Part shown: in pieces, positions 52,018 to 61,500 of the stretch
How positions within the stretch are numbered: the first letter of the stretch is position 1
How the letters are laid out: every line of letters starts with the position of its first letter
Position numbers and translations under genes: made by a program
Source: a virus
DNA: 64,000 bases
IMG/VR virus record: IMGVR_UViG_3300007735_001031
Coordinates: 1-64,000 of that record
Direction: 5' to 3' (one strand)
Notes under the pieces: generated by a model
Seen by the model: the letters and a program-made list of their open reading frames with translations, nothing else
What the model was told of the DNA's origin: nothing
Databases searched by the model: none

Positions 52018-53882
52018 TAATCTTCCTCTCCTACGCCAATGTTTTTAAGCCGTTGTTGATTCGTTGGCTGAGTTGGGCCGGTTTCTTCTTGTTCTCTTTG
52101 TAAGTTATCGCCTCTTCTCTTATAGCCTTTGCACTGAGAAGGTGTTGGGCGGCATCTTGGATACTTAGATCTCTTCTCACCGCCTTGTCTGCCGCATGGC
52201 TTACATTTACCATCACGGCAAGTATTGCAATCAACCCAACCGCCTTTTTTGCCGGGGGCACCTTTGCGTTTAAACCAGTCGCCTAAGTTTGTTTCACTGG
52301 AAGGCTTACCGAGCTTACGTTCATCCAACTCAATCTCTTCGTTTTTCTTTCTACCTTGACAATGCGCTCTTTGAGAAAAGCCCTTTGGATTCTTACAGTC
52401 AATAGATTTTTTATATTTTTCAGACCATTTTTCGTCTAGCTCTTCTTCAGCTACAATATGTTTTTCTGTTTTTGCTTTCTTTGACTTCTGAAGTTTTTCT
52501 TGATCCTTGGAACCAAGCATCGTAGAAGCGGCGGCGGCAAGAGCCACGCCTTTTTTGGCTAGATGTTTTGCTTTAGAGTGTTTCTTTGTTTCTTCTAATT
52601 CTTCCTCTTCTTTTATGTTTTTCCAGATCTTTCCCTGACGGCATTTAACAACAGCACCAGAAGCATAGGCAGAAGGCCAAGCATCATATTTACTCTTTGC
52701 TATTCTAGTACAACGATCTTCTTTGCCTTTTTTCTTTCCTTCTTCTAATACTTCACCAAATTTAATTGTAATTTTTCTATTTTCGGATATTGTATTACCG
52801 AATTCTTGTTCAGCCTTGGCAATTGCAGCCATCTTTCTTTGTCCACCTTCATCAGTTCCGGCATACATTCTCATTGCTCTTTCTAAGTCGCCACCTTTAG
52901 CTTTTATGTTTTTGGCAATAGTAATAATAGATGCTTCAATTCCATATTTTGGAATCCAAATCATATAATGAGGAACACCAAGAATACTTTTAATATTATA
53001 ACCCTCATATGTTGTAAGAGTTACGCCGCCCATTCCATAAGCAGTTGAGTTTGCTCTTATTGCAGCTTGGGGGTCTCCCTTTGATCTCATAGTTTGACTA
53101 TAAATTCCAGTAGGAGTTAAACCAGACTCTCCTTTCATAACACCAATTGCAATATGTGGAGGCAGCCCGTATTTAGGAGCAATCTGTTTAATTAAATCAA
53201 TTGATTGAGAGACCGTCCAACCGCTCACTGATGATTTATTTTCATCAAATAATTTCCAAAGAAATTCTATATAACCATTAAATCCGCCAAATTTAGCAAT
53301 CAATTCTTTTTTGCTTAATGACAAATCAGCTTTTGGATCGACTCCAGATATATTAATAGAATCAGTTTGTTTGGCTTCGGGCTCTTTTTTCTTTTGTTCC
53401 TTGTCTTTAGAGTCTTCCTTTTCATCTCCATCAAAGGCAGATTTAATTTTTTCCCATGCAGAGCTACCAAAACTTTTTAAATCATCCAGCCAATCTTCTT
53501 CTAAAAGAGCTTGTTCTAATTCCTCTTTAATGATAGATTCTTTTAAGTGTTTAAAATATTGAACTTGTCTCTCTCTCTTCATTGCTCCCGCCTTTGATGA
53601 ATAGCATCCTAAATTTCTTTTTGTCTTTTTAGAAAATAAACAATATTTTCCACCTTTTTTTCTAATAACTTCGTCTAGTTGTTCGGACTCTTCTATAGAT
53701 CCACCGAATCCAGGAGGAGCTGACTTGCCCATTTTGTAGTCAGGCTTTTCTTTATAAGGACTTCCACCGCTACTTGCCTTTTGGCCACCTTTAGATAATA
53801 AACGAAGTTTCCATTTTTTATAGTTTTTTCCAACTATTTTCTGAAATTGGCTATCCGCTTTTGGAACCTGCTGATTATCCAT
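52017..53882 (-). CDS. modular putative head polyprotein containing a lytic-transglycosylase-like domain
   Basis: KYGLPPHIAIGVMKGESG..AYGMG; small basic Cys-rich domains separated by LDE/LEE. Confidence 0.75.
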   Translation of the reverse strand: MDNQQVPKADSQFQKIVGKNYKKWKLRLLSKGGQKASSGGSPYKEKPDYKMGKSAPPGFGGSIEESEQLDEVIRKKGGKYCLFSKKTKRNLGCYSSKAGAMKRERQVQYFKHLKESIIKEELEQALLEEDWLDDLKSFGSSAWEKIKSAFDGDEKEDSKDKEQKKKEPEAKQTDSINISGVDPKADLSLSKKELIAKFGGFNGYIEFLWKLFDENKSSVSGWTVSQSIDLIKQIAPKYGLPPHIAIGVMKGESGLTPTGIYSQTMRSKGDPQAAIRANSTAYGMGGVTLTTYEGYNIKSILGVPHYMIWIPKYGIEASIITIAKNIKAKGGDLERAMRMYAGTDEGGQRKMAAIAKAEQEFGNTISENRKITIKFGEVLEEGKKKGKEDRCTRIAKSKYDAWPSAYASGAVVKCRQGKIWKNIKEEEELEETKKHSKAKHLAKKGVALAAAASTMLGSKDQEKLQKSKKAKTEKHIVAEEELDEKWSEKYKKSIDCKNPKGFSQRAHCQGRKKNEEIELDERKLGKPSSETNLGDWFKRKGAPGKKGGWVDCNTCRDGKCKPCGRQGGEKRSKYPRCRPTPSQCKGYKRRGDNLQREQEETGPTQPTNQQRLKNIGVGEED

Positions 53883-53885
53883 TAA

Positions 53886-54236
53886 CTAAACCTCGTATTG
53901 TTTCCAGGCATATTTCTTTCTTTTTTGGAAATAAGAAATTTCATTTTGGTGTTCAAAAGCCTCTTGTTCAAATGGATTTTGAAAGTATGCTCTTCTTCTA
54001 TCCTTATACTTAATTAGACCTTTAATATAGTAATAAGCATACATGGCCCATTGTCCTAGGAAATACAATTCTTTTTGTTGGACGTAGTGTATAAGTTCAT
54101 GTCTTTTTGTTTTTTGAGATAACTTCTCAGCCGAAATAATCCAAATAGCAAATGAGATTGCTATGATATTTAAGTTAAATATTTTTGATAGATAAGAGGG
54201 GATCTTTGAATTTTCTATGATTATTGGTAATTTCAT
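53886..54236 (-). CDS. HExxH metallopeptidase-like membrane protein
   Basis: HELIHYVQ, NPFEQEA. Confidence 0.7.
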   Translation of the reverse strand: MKLPIIIENSKIPSYLSKIFNLNIIAISFAIWIISAEKLSQKTKRHELIHYVQQKELYFLGQWAMYAYYYIKGLIKYKDRRRAYFQNPFEQEAFEHQNEISYFQKRKKYAWKQYEV

Positions 54237-54257
54237 ACATAAGCCCTCCAAATTAAA

Positions 54258-55436
54258 TTAAGCAACTTGTGAAGTTGATTGTTGTGGTTCTGTTTTAACG
54301 GTTGAAACAATTTCTGGATATATTCCTCTTCTGTTCATTATACAATTTTTTGCTTTTGGATCCTGTTTACAATTACGTATCTTTTCAACAATATAATCTC
54401 TTACTTCTGGAACAGGTGTTCCTTTTGTTGCTTGCTCTATTTGATAGGCTAAATTTTCATATTCTTCTGGTGTCGCATATGATTGTAGAATAACATAATA
54501 ATTTGGATCACCTAAATTTGGAATCTCTCCTCTTTGTATCTTCCCTTCCTTCTTTATTCTTTGAAGTATTTTAGCAAACCAGAATTTCATTGGACGATAA
54601 TATCGTTGTTGAGATTCCGAACGAGAAAGAACATACGGGAGTTGATATTCTGTTTTTTGAACATTTAACATGTCCTTAACTTTTTCATATTGTTCTGGTC
54701 TTTCTTTTTTAAAGCTTGGTAAAATTATTTGTCCAAGATTTGAAAGTTCATCATATATATTTTTCTTATCCTTTTCAAGATTCTGCACCCTATAACCTCT
54801 GCCCAAACCATATCCTCGTGATGTTGCTACATCCATCTGAGCTTCCGCATTTAATCTTCCAGCGCTTGGTCCATCATTAATGCAGTGTCCTAATTCGTGA
54901 ACGATTGTTTGAAGAGGATCTTTGTCCGCTTTTCTTAGCGCTGGAAAATTAATAAATAAAGTATCAACAGCTGGTTTATATACTCCAAATCGCCCCTCTA
55001 GTTCACTATTCTTGGAAATTTTTAATGGCTTTGGTCTCCAATATAAAGAACCGCCAACACCATATGCTTTATTTTTTCTTATTTTTTGAGCATCTACCCA
55101 CACCTTTTGCCACCCACCTGGAAATAAATTTGTAGGATATAGAGCATTTAAATATTTTGGAAGATCAATTATTATTGTTGTTCCATCTGGTGATTTTTCA
55201 AGTCCCAATAGTTGATTTTCAATTTCATCGCTCATTATATGAACGAAAGTTCCATGTTGGTCTGAGTTAGGATTATTAATCGGATCTTTCTTTGGGTCCT
55301 TTGAAACAGCGGGCTGCTTGGATATCGTTGGAGCGGTTGTCGTTTTAGGCGTTGCTAAATAATTACCTTGTTCTGCGGGAGAACCTTCTTCTTCTTTTAA
55401 TAAGAATTTTATCCAATTCTCATACAAAATTTTCAT
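54258..55436 (-). CDS. HExxH zincin-like protein with LYENW leader
   Basis: MKILYENWIKFLLKE; IVHELGH. Confidence 0.75.
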   Translation of the reverse strand: MKILYENWIKFLLKEEEGSPAEQGNYLATPKTTTAPTISKQPAVSKDPKKDPINNPNSDQHGTFVHIMSDEIENQLLGLEKSPDGTTIIIDLPKYLNALYPTNLFPGGWQKVWVDAQKIRKNKAYGVGGSLYWRPKPLKISKNSELEGRFGVYKPAVDTLFINFPALRKADKDPLQTIVHELGHCINDGPSAGRLNAEAQMDVATSRGYGLGRGYRVQNLEKDKKNIYDELSNLGQIILPSFKKERPEQYEKVKDMLNVQKTEYQLPYVLSRSESQQRYYRPMKFWFAKILQRIKKEGKIQRGEIPNLGDPNYYVILQSYATPEEYENLAYQIEQATKGTPVPEVRDYIVEKIRNCKQDPKAKNCIMNRRGIYPEIVSTVKTEPQQSTSQVA

Positions 55437-55461
55437 TTTCCTCTCCAAAACAAAAAACAAA

Positions 55462-55492
55462 AAAGCCACCAAACTAAATAGTTCAGTGGCTT
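55462..55492 (-). terminator. intrinsic terminator with late motif in its loop
   Basis: AAGCCAC/GTGGCTT stem + T-run; loop contains ACTATTTAG. Confidence 0.6.
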
Positions 55493-55505
55493 CTTAAAGG
55501 GTCTA

Positions 55506-56018
55506 TTAGACTATGATGAAAGGTATTTTTCGTCTTGCGGCAAACCAATCAGGTATTTTATTTTTTGGATATCTCATTTTTTCTTTTGTAGAATAATAGT
55601 CTCGGTATGATTTTACAGGATTATTTGACTTAAATTCATCCGGCATAGCAAGACGAAGTGGTGTAGGATTTACATTTGAAAACTTTTTGGCGTCATATGT
55701 TCCACACATTTCAATCAATCTATCATAGCACTTATGCTTCTTCTTAAAACGCTCTTCATACTCTTCATTTAGAGCAAGAGCATGAACCATAAGAGCGCCC
55801 CAATTGGCAGAGCTTTCAGCAGTCCAAATAGTAGAAGGGTGTTTGGCATGATTGGGTTTGTATGGTCCTGGCATACCATTTAGTTGTAATGCTGTAGAAA
55901 GTAGTTGGGTGCTTTCTAATAGCATTTTAACTGTCCGCAGATTGTCCTGTGTTCTGCCAGATTGATACCAATCAATAGTTCCAGTTGTTTCATCACCCTC
56001 AATAGCAAAAATATTCAT
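55506..56018 (-). CDS. pyrimidine-dimer DNA glycosylase (DenV-related family)
   Basis: MNIF, KMLLESTQLLST, H.KHPSTIW, YR.YY. Confidence 0.75.
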   Translation of the reverse strand: MNIFAIEGDETTGTIDWYQSGRTQDNLRTVKMLLESTQLLSTALQLNGMPGPYKPNHAKHPSTIWTAESSANWGALMVHALALNEEYEERFKKKHKCYDRLIEMCGTYDAKKFSNVNPTPLRLAMPDEFKSNNPVKSYRDYYSTKEKMRYPKNKIPDWFAARRKIPFIIV

Positions 56019-56404
56019 TATTCCTCAATCCAAACACGTAGTAATAAACGATCGCCAACTGGCCCTTTCCGAGCATGGCGAATGTTTCTGTTGTTCATGA
56101 TGATAGCCTGTCCCTCTTTTAGTGTCAATTCAATTTCTTGACCCTCAACCTCTAAAAGAGTTTTTGACTCTCCACCTCTAATACAATAAAGCCCGACATA
56201 ATCAATGCTATGCTTGGCAGCAATATCTTTTGAGTAATCACCATCCCTATGGAATGGTAAATCAACATCTCTTCTGCTACCTCGCCCCTCTGAATCAAAA
56301 ACTCCAACCAAAGATGTTTCAATTGGTTTGCCGAGTTTTAACATTTCAAGGATAAATTTATCTGCCGTAATATTTTCATAAACATAAAAAGTATTAATCA
56401 TCAA
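56018..56404 (-). CDS. TauD/TfdA-like Fe(II)/2OG dioxygenase (minimal)
   Basis: FHRDG, NN...RHAR, R.LLRVW. Confidence 0.65.
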   Translation of the reverse strand: MMINTFYVYENITADKFILEMLKLGKPIETSLVGVFDSEGRGSRRDVDLPFHRDGDYSKDIAAKHSIDYVGLYCIRGGESKTLLEVEGQEIELTLKEGQAIIMNNRNIRHARKGPVGDRLLLRVWIEE

Positions 56405-57408
56405 TCACCCATATCAAAATCGTGTGGAGTATATGAGAATGAAACTCTTATATCTTCTGATGCTAATTGTTTCTTCGTCCAATAAACAAAATCGGATTCT
56501 GAATCAAATGATAGGATTTCTCCATTAAATTTAACTTTCCATGCTTCAACTTTATTTAGAATATCAACCTTATTCATAACGACTCTACTAACACCATTCA
56601 TTCTAGCCGCTTTCATAACGAGGTTCCAATCAAGCCAATTACACTGACGCTTTCTACCTGTTGTTGCCCCGAATTCTTGTCCTTCTTGTTGAATCCTATT
56701 AAAAATTTCGTCTTCTGGTTGAAATTTCTTTGCTCCAACATAGGTTTCGTATGCTTTAATGATTCCATAAACTTTATTGATATGTCTGTGATTAAAACCG
56801 TTATTTAAAATTGATCCAATGCCACAATGGCTAGAAGTTACATAAGGATAATCGCCCCAATCAATATCTAACCCGAATGCTTGCGCTCCCTCGGCAAGAA
56901 TTTTAAAAGTAGAATTATCTTGCTCATAAAACTCTTGGTAGATATCAATTAAATAAGAGTTTAATAAATCAATTTCTTCTGCTCTAACGCCATTTCTGGC
57001 GTATTTATCACGATAGCATGGACCATTGCCAGTTCTGGTTGTTCCAATTGAAGTATCAGTTCCGTCTTCGTTTAAATGATCATCTGTAATAATATGAGCG
57101 TTCTTAGAAATATAAACAAGGCCTTCTGTTTTAATTCCATTATCTTCAAGATAATCAATTTCACGGAAGAATTTTTCTACATCAACCACGCAGCCAGGAC
57201 CAATAATAGATTTTACACCAAAAAATACTCCAGAAGGGATTAAGTGAGTAATTAGTTTTTTACCATTATGATAAATGGTATGACCAGCATTTCCGCCGCC
57301 ATTAAACCTAATAACATGAGTATATAGACCATCTTTTAATAGTGAATGGCATACTTTACCCTTACCTTCATCTCCATATTGAAGACCTAAAACCGCATCA
57401 ACTTTCAT
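56401..57408 (-). CDS. purA: adenylosuccinate synthetase
   Basis: QYGDEGKGK, GGGNAGHT, EGAQ, YPYVTSS, EFGATTGRKR. Confidence 0.95.
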   Translation of the reverse strand: MKVDAVLGLQYGDEGKGKVCHSLLKDGLYTHVIRFNGGGNAGHTIYHNGKKLITHLIPSGVFFGVKSIIGPGCVVDVEKFFREIDYLEDNGIKTEGLVYISKNAHIITDDHLNEDGTDTSIGTTRTGNGPCYRDKYARNGVRAEEIDLLNSYLIDIYQEFYEQDNSTFKILAEGAQAFGLDIDWGDYPYVTSSHCGIGSILNNGFNHRHINKVYGIIKAYETYVGAKKFQPEDEIFNRIQQEGQEFGATTGRKRQCNWLDWNLVMKAARMNGVSRVVMNKVDILNKVEAWKVKFNGEILSFDSESDFVYWTKKQLASEDIRVSFSYTPHDFDMGD

Positions 57409-57417
57409 AATCCACCT

Positions 57418-58383
57418 TTAAATAAATTGCTTATTGGCCTTTGAGCTGAAATCTTCTAATGAAATACAGCCAGAATAAGATAAGCCGCTCTTTATACCTC
57501 TTAAAATTACATCTACAGTTTCCGCTAATGATTGTTCTTTTAGGGGAACAAGAATTTCCTTTCCCTCTGAGACAGAGACATAGCCTCTCCAATCTTTTTG
57601 TGCGCTAGCTGAAGCCATACCTCTAAACTTCTTGTAGAGAGAGTTATTATGATTAATGATTTCACCTGGAGATTCTTTGTGTCCAGAAAGCATGGAACCG
57701 AGCATAACCATATCTGCTCCACAAGCAAGAGCCTTCACAATATCTCCGCTATCTCTAAAGCCACCATCAGCAACAATCAAAGCATTTCTGTCTGTTTCAG
57801 AGCAGCGAATAACAGACTCTAGTGTTGGTAAGCCAAAACCAGTTTTGTTTCTGGTCTCACACACAGTTCCGCCTGAAACCCCAACGCGGATAAGATCCGC
57901 ACCAGCGTCGGCTAAGAAATTAAAACCATCAAGGTCAGCTACATTTCCAGCCATAATCAAAATGTTTTCGTCTTTTTCTTTTAAAGAAAAAATGGCGTTA
58001 GCTACATTTTGATGATAGCCGTGAGCCACATCAATACAAAACATTCTACAACCAACACTATAAAGAGCGTCAAATCTTTCTAGATAGTCGCCAGTCGCTC
58101 CAATAGCACAAAAAACACCGGTATTATCTTTTACTGATAGATATTCTTTGACTTGATCTTTAATTGTCATGTATCTATGTAGCACGGCAGAACTACCAGA
58201 TTGGCGCATAATATCTGCCACTTCTGCCGATACGACTGTATCCATACAAGAAGCTATAATTGGGGTTTTAATGTGGCTCTTGTTTGTTAGTCTTGGCGTT
58301 AAATCAACACTGTGTCTTGTATTAATCTCACTGTAGCTAGGAATTAAATACATATCGTCAAAATTTACAACTTTCTTTCTCAT
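57418..58383 (-). CDS. IMPDH/GMP reductase family protein (no CBS domain)
   Basis: MDTV, IDVAHG, GNV, GGTVCETR, ADGG, RGMAS. Confidence 0.9.
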   Translation of the reverse strand: MRKKVVNFDDMYLIPSYSEINTRHSVDLTPRLTNKSHIKTPIIASCMDTVVSAEVADIMRQSGSSAVLHRYMTIKDQVKEYLSVKDNTGVFCAIGATGDYLERFDALYSVGCRMFCIDVAHGYHQNVANAIFSLKEKDENILIMAGNVADLDGFNFLADAGADLIRVGVSGGTVCETRNKTGFGLPTLESVIRCSETDRNALIVADGGFRDSGDIVKALACGADMVMLGSMLSGHKESPGEIINHNNSLYKKFRGMASASAQKDWRGYVSVSEGKEILVPLKEQSLAETVDVILRGIKSGLSYSGCISLEDFSSKANKQFI

Positions 58384-58649
58384 TGTTCCTCAATAAATCC
58401 AATAATAGCGTTCTCTGGAATTACCTTCCATTTTTCTTTTCTAAATTCAAATTTCTGAACCATTGTAGAAAAGACAACGGCGGTTCTGTTAACGAGATTA
58501 TCGTTGGCTCCAAATGGCACGCTTAAGATTCTAACGGCAATTAGATCGCCATTAGTCTGCTGATCCCAGAGAAAATTTGGGGTTTCTTGTTCATCTTTAG
58601 CAGATACTTGTTCTACTAGAAAGTATCCGTTGTGTGGTTTAAATAACAT
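58380..58649 (-). CDS. divergent co-chaperonin GroES-like protein
   Basis: FKPHNGYFLVE start and VIPENAIIG end match the GroES pattern. Confidence 0.55.
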   Translation of the reverse strand: MLFKPHNGYFLVEQVSAKDEQETPNFLWDQQTNGDLIAVRILSVPFGANDNLVNRTAVVFSTMVQKFEFRKEKWKVIPENAIIGFIEEQ

Positions 58650-58891
58650 TAATCCTCCTGTTCAGGCATCATATCAAACATTTCTGTTAGTTGTTCCATA
58701 TCTGTATTATCTTTACGAAGACGATAAGCCTTTAGTGCGGTCTTGATCTCTTCTTTGGTTAGCCAGCCATTCTCTAGATACGACTTACGAAGATCGGTTT
58801 TTTGCTCCTTAAACGGCTTCATGGCTTCGTCCAAGGCGGCAATAGACGTAACGTAATCAACAACGCGCTCTTCTTTTGACTTCTCACTCAT
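58649..58891 (-). CDS. GapR/T4 DsbA-like DNA-binding protein
   Basis: helical pattern ...KTDLRKSYLENG...IKTALKAYRLRK. Confidence 0.5.
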   Translation of the reverse strand: MSEKSKEERVVDYVTSIAALDEAMKPFKEQKTDLRKSYLENGWLTKEEIKTALKAYRLRKDNTDMEQLTEMFDMMPEQED

Positions 58892-58892
58892 A

Positions 58893-59144
58893 TTATACCT
58901 CATACTCCATTTCTTGTTGGACGACTTCGGCTGTCGTCGTAGCCCAATTAAAGATTCTGAAATCTTTTGCTTCCAGATCATACACCATTTCTGATCCTTC
59001 CGCAAGTTTCTTTTTCTTTGATTCTTTGTCTGGTGTTAGACCAATCTTGTTCTTTTGTTCCTCAGTCATATCAGAGATTTTAAGGAACTTCATTTCTCTT
59101 TCTTCGCCGTTTTGTTTTAGAAATTTACCAACTCTAATTAACAT
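58893..59144 (-). CDS. WYL-like/SH3-barrel protein
   Basis: FLKQNGEEREM...VYDLEAKDFRIF. Confidence 0.6.
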   Translation of the reverse strand: MLIRVGKFLKQNGEEREMKFLKISDMTEEQKNKIGLTPDKESKKKKLAEGSEMVYDLEAKDFRIFNWATTTAEVVQQEMEYEV

Positions 59145-59607
59145 TTTGTTCTCCCTGAATTGTTCTTGCTAATAAAATAATGTTTCTATGACTCTGCATG
59201 GCATACTCTTCCGACTCCATGTAGACCTCGGACTTGCTTTGCTCGGACAAGAATGAACAGTTGTCCATATCTGCTTCTATCTCATCTTTTGGAATATCAA
59301 ATATGTTGGCCAAATGAAAATGAAGCAGACAAGCATTGCGCTCCTGCTTCTTCGAATTAAATAGATTCAATTCTAATCCGTAATTATTAAGTGAATATTG
59401 TTCAGGTTTTTCTACCACTAGATAATGGGCAATTTCATGAGCTAAATCAATTGCTCTAACTTTATCCCAAATAGCAAGCTTACCAGTTCTGCCTGACCAA
59501 TAACAACCACCTTGGCCATTACCGCGATCAATTCTGCCGCCACGGTAGATTTCATAAGGAATATTTGCTCTTGATGCTAGTTTGAAAAATTTATCTGCTG
59601 GACTCAT
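59134..59607 (-). CDS. ImmA/IrrE-like HExxH protein
   Basis: LAHEIAH, ERNA. Confidence 0.65.
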   Translation of the reverse strand: MSPADKFFKLASRANIPYEIYRGGRIDRGNGQGGCYWSGRTGKLAIWDKVRAIDLAHEIAHYLVVEKPEQYSLNNYGLELNLFNSKKQERNACLLHFHLANIFDIPKDEIEADMDNCSFLSEQSKSEVYMESEEYAMQSHRNIILLARTIQGEQNVN

Positions 59608-59630
59608 GACACCTCACATGTAGAGGCACC

Positions 59631-59659
59631 AGTGTAGCAGGGGGGTAGTTGTGTGTCAA
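59631..59659 (-). promoter_or_regulatory. sigma70-type promoter
   Basis: TTGACA-17-TACACT. Confidence 0.85.
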
Positions 59660-59669
59660 GGGAGACACC

Positions 59670-59918
59670 TTAATCGGCGTTTTCGATATTAAAAACTTTT
59701 CTTTCTAATCTTTCTATTCTTTTCTCAAGTTTATCCACTTCTTCAAACTTAGTTAAGAGCCTTTCTAAAATAACTTTAATAGAGGAGATCTCTGTCTGTA
59801 GATTTACTTTGATTGATGAAATATCTGAATGTAGTTTCCAGCTTGTTCCTACCAAAGTTATAAGAAAAGCTGCTACTGCCACCATATCACTTATGCTCAT
59901 ACTTATTGCTCCTGTCAT
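59670..59918 (-). CDS. small TM + coiled-coil protein
   Basis: hydrophobic N-terminus; ACTATTTAT at 59922-59930. Confidence 0.65.
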   Translation of the reverse strand: MTGAISMSISDMVAVAAFLITLVGTSWKLHSDISSIKVNLQTEISSIKVILERLLTKFEEVDKLEKRIERLERKVFNIENAD

Positions 59919-59932
59919 ATGATAAATAGTAT

Positions 59933-61471
59933 CTACTGTTGTTCGAACCAGTTGATGCCTATTTCGCCAGATATTTGACCAGAGGTCTTTATAGCTACCA
60001 CAATAATTTCGCCAGCATTATTTACAAACTCTTCTGGAGTTAAATCAATAGTTTGAGCCGAGTTTGCGCCAATGCTAAATACTAATTGTGGATTTTTTCC
60101 AGTAGTAGAAAAACTTAGAGGTGAAGCAGAAAAATCCGCTATTGAACAAATGCTGTTATTACTATTTATGTCAACAAAGTTGATTGGATTGTTACCCAAG
60201 TTGACATCTTTAAAAAACGCAACTGTCAATGTCTTTGCGGTTGATTCGTTTGATGCTGCTATTCTTAAAATATCAAACTCTCCATAACTCGTTTGACTAT
60301 TGAAAACATCGTTTGCTTTTATCGCAAATAGAGCAAGATAAGTGGAACTATTAACACTTGAAAATGTTGTAGAATAAGCAAATCTTGGATCTAATTTTCT
60401 AATTTCACCTTCAGTAAATACAGCCATGCTTAATGTTTTTGGAGATACTGATGTTGTTGCTCCAATATTTGCGCTAACTATTCTTGTGCTTGCCTGTGGA
60501 TTCTTTAGCACCGGAGTTGTTCTAGCGTTGGCATTTTTAATCATGTGAACTGGAACCACTCTTCCAGTTTCTGGATTCTCAACCGCAAAAAAGGCATTAC
60601 CAAAGCCGAGATACTGGAATCCAATTTGATAAACATTACCCTTTTGTGGATTTATAGTCATACCACTTGGATTTGGACCACCACTAGCGCCGCCATCTAG
60701 CCTGTCAATATTCCAAGCAGATTGAGAAACAAATGTTTGTGTTCCTGCCGATCCTACGGCAATAGAAGAAAATGTTCCAACAATCGAGTTATTGGCAACA
60801 CTATAAGCACCACCAAGAGAACCTGCTCTTGAACTAATAAAGAATACCGAACTACTGACAGCATCAGCAATCCATCCTGTGCCAACATTAGAGTAATCGT
60901 ATTGTGCTAATAAATATGCTGTTTGAACAGTATTACTAGCTCCAGTCATTGGCACAGAAACAGAAACGCCATTTAATGTAACAGTGGTATTTCCTGTTCC
61001 CGCGCCAGTTGTTATTGTAAGCTTTCTTATTTCTCTTTGTGAAGTTTCGTTGTGAATAATACCAAAGCTAGTTCCATAATAAGCAAAATAATAACCAGAT
61101 TCAGCATTTCCAAGTCCAGCAGCCTGCACATTGCCAGATATAGCTGTATCAAATATACAAGTTAATCTTGCCAAAGAGCCCATTCCGGGTCTATATTTTA
61201 GATTTCTTCTTAAGGCAAGATCGGCAGAACCAGTAACATTTATTCCAGAATTTATAGAAGCGATACCGTTTGCTTGAGTAACTGTTCCACCATTATATAC
61301 TAGGGTTTTAAAAACATTAGGATTAATATTATAAATAAAATCGCCTTGACCGGCTGGACTTAACTCGGATACAGAAAGTTCGTTGAAAGAAGTTAGCGGC
61401 TCGCCGGACGGAGTAGCGATATCTGCTGTTATATCATATGGAGAGCGCCGCTTAACATTAAAACTAGCCAT
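59933..61471 (-). CDS. putative virion structural protein (beta-rich)
   Basis: S/T/G-rich; YRPG and FQYLGFG motifs; ACTAATTA upstream. Confidence 0.7.
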   Translation of the reverse strand: MASFNVKRRSPYDITADIATPSGEPLTSFNELSVSELSPAGQGDFIYNINPNVFKTLVYNGGTVTQANGIASINSGINVTGSADLALRRNLKYRPGMGSLARLTCIFDTAISGNVQAAGLGNAESGYYFAYYGTSFGIIHNETSQREIRKLTITTGAGTGNTTVTLNGVSVSVPMTGASNTVQTAYLLAQYDYSNVGTGWIADAVSSSVFFISSRAGSLGGAYSVANNSIVGTFSSIAVGSAGTQTFVSQSAWNIDRLDGGASGGPNPSGMTINPQKGNVYQIGFQYLGFGNAFFAVENPETGRVVPVHMIKNANARTTPVLKNPQASTRIVSANIGATTSVSPKTLSMAVFTEGEIRKLDPRFAYSTTFSSVNSSTYLALFAIKANDVFNSQTSYGEFDILRIAASNESTAKTLTVAFFKDVNLGNNPINFVDINSNNSICSIADFSASPLSFSTTGKNPQLVFSIGANSAQTIDLTPEEFVNNAGEIIVVAIKTSGQISGEIGINWFEQQ

Positions 61472-61500
61472 TTAGTATCCCCTCGGATACTAGTAATTAG

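Noticed and set aside
56401-57408. PurZ (2-aminoadenine Z-genome pathway)
   Set aside because: The catalytic motif is GDEGKG (Asp, as in PurA), not the Ser-containing PurZ form, and no dATPase/MazZ-like neighbour is recognisable.
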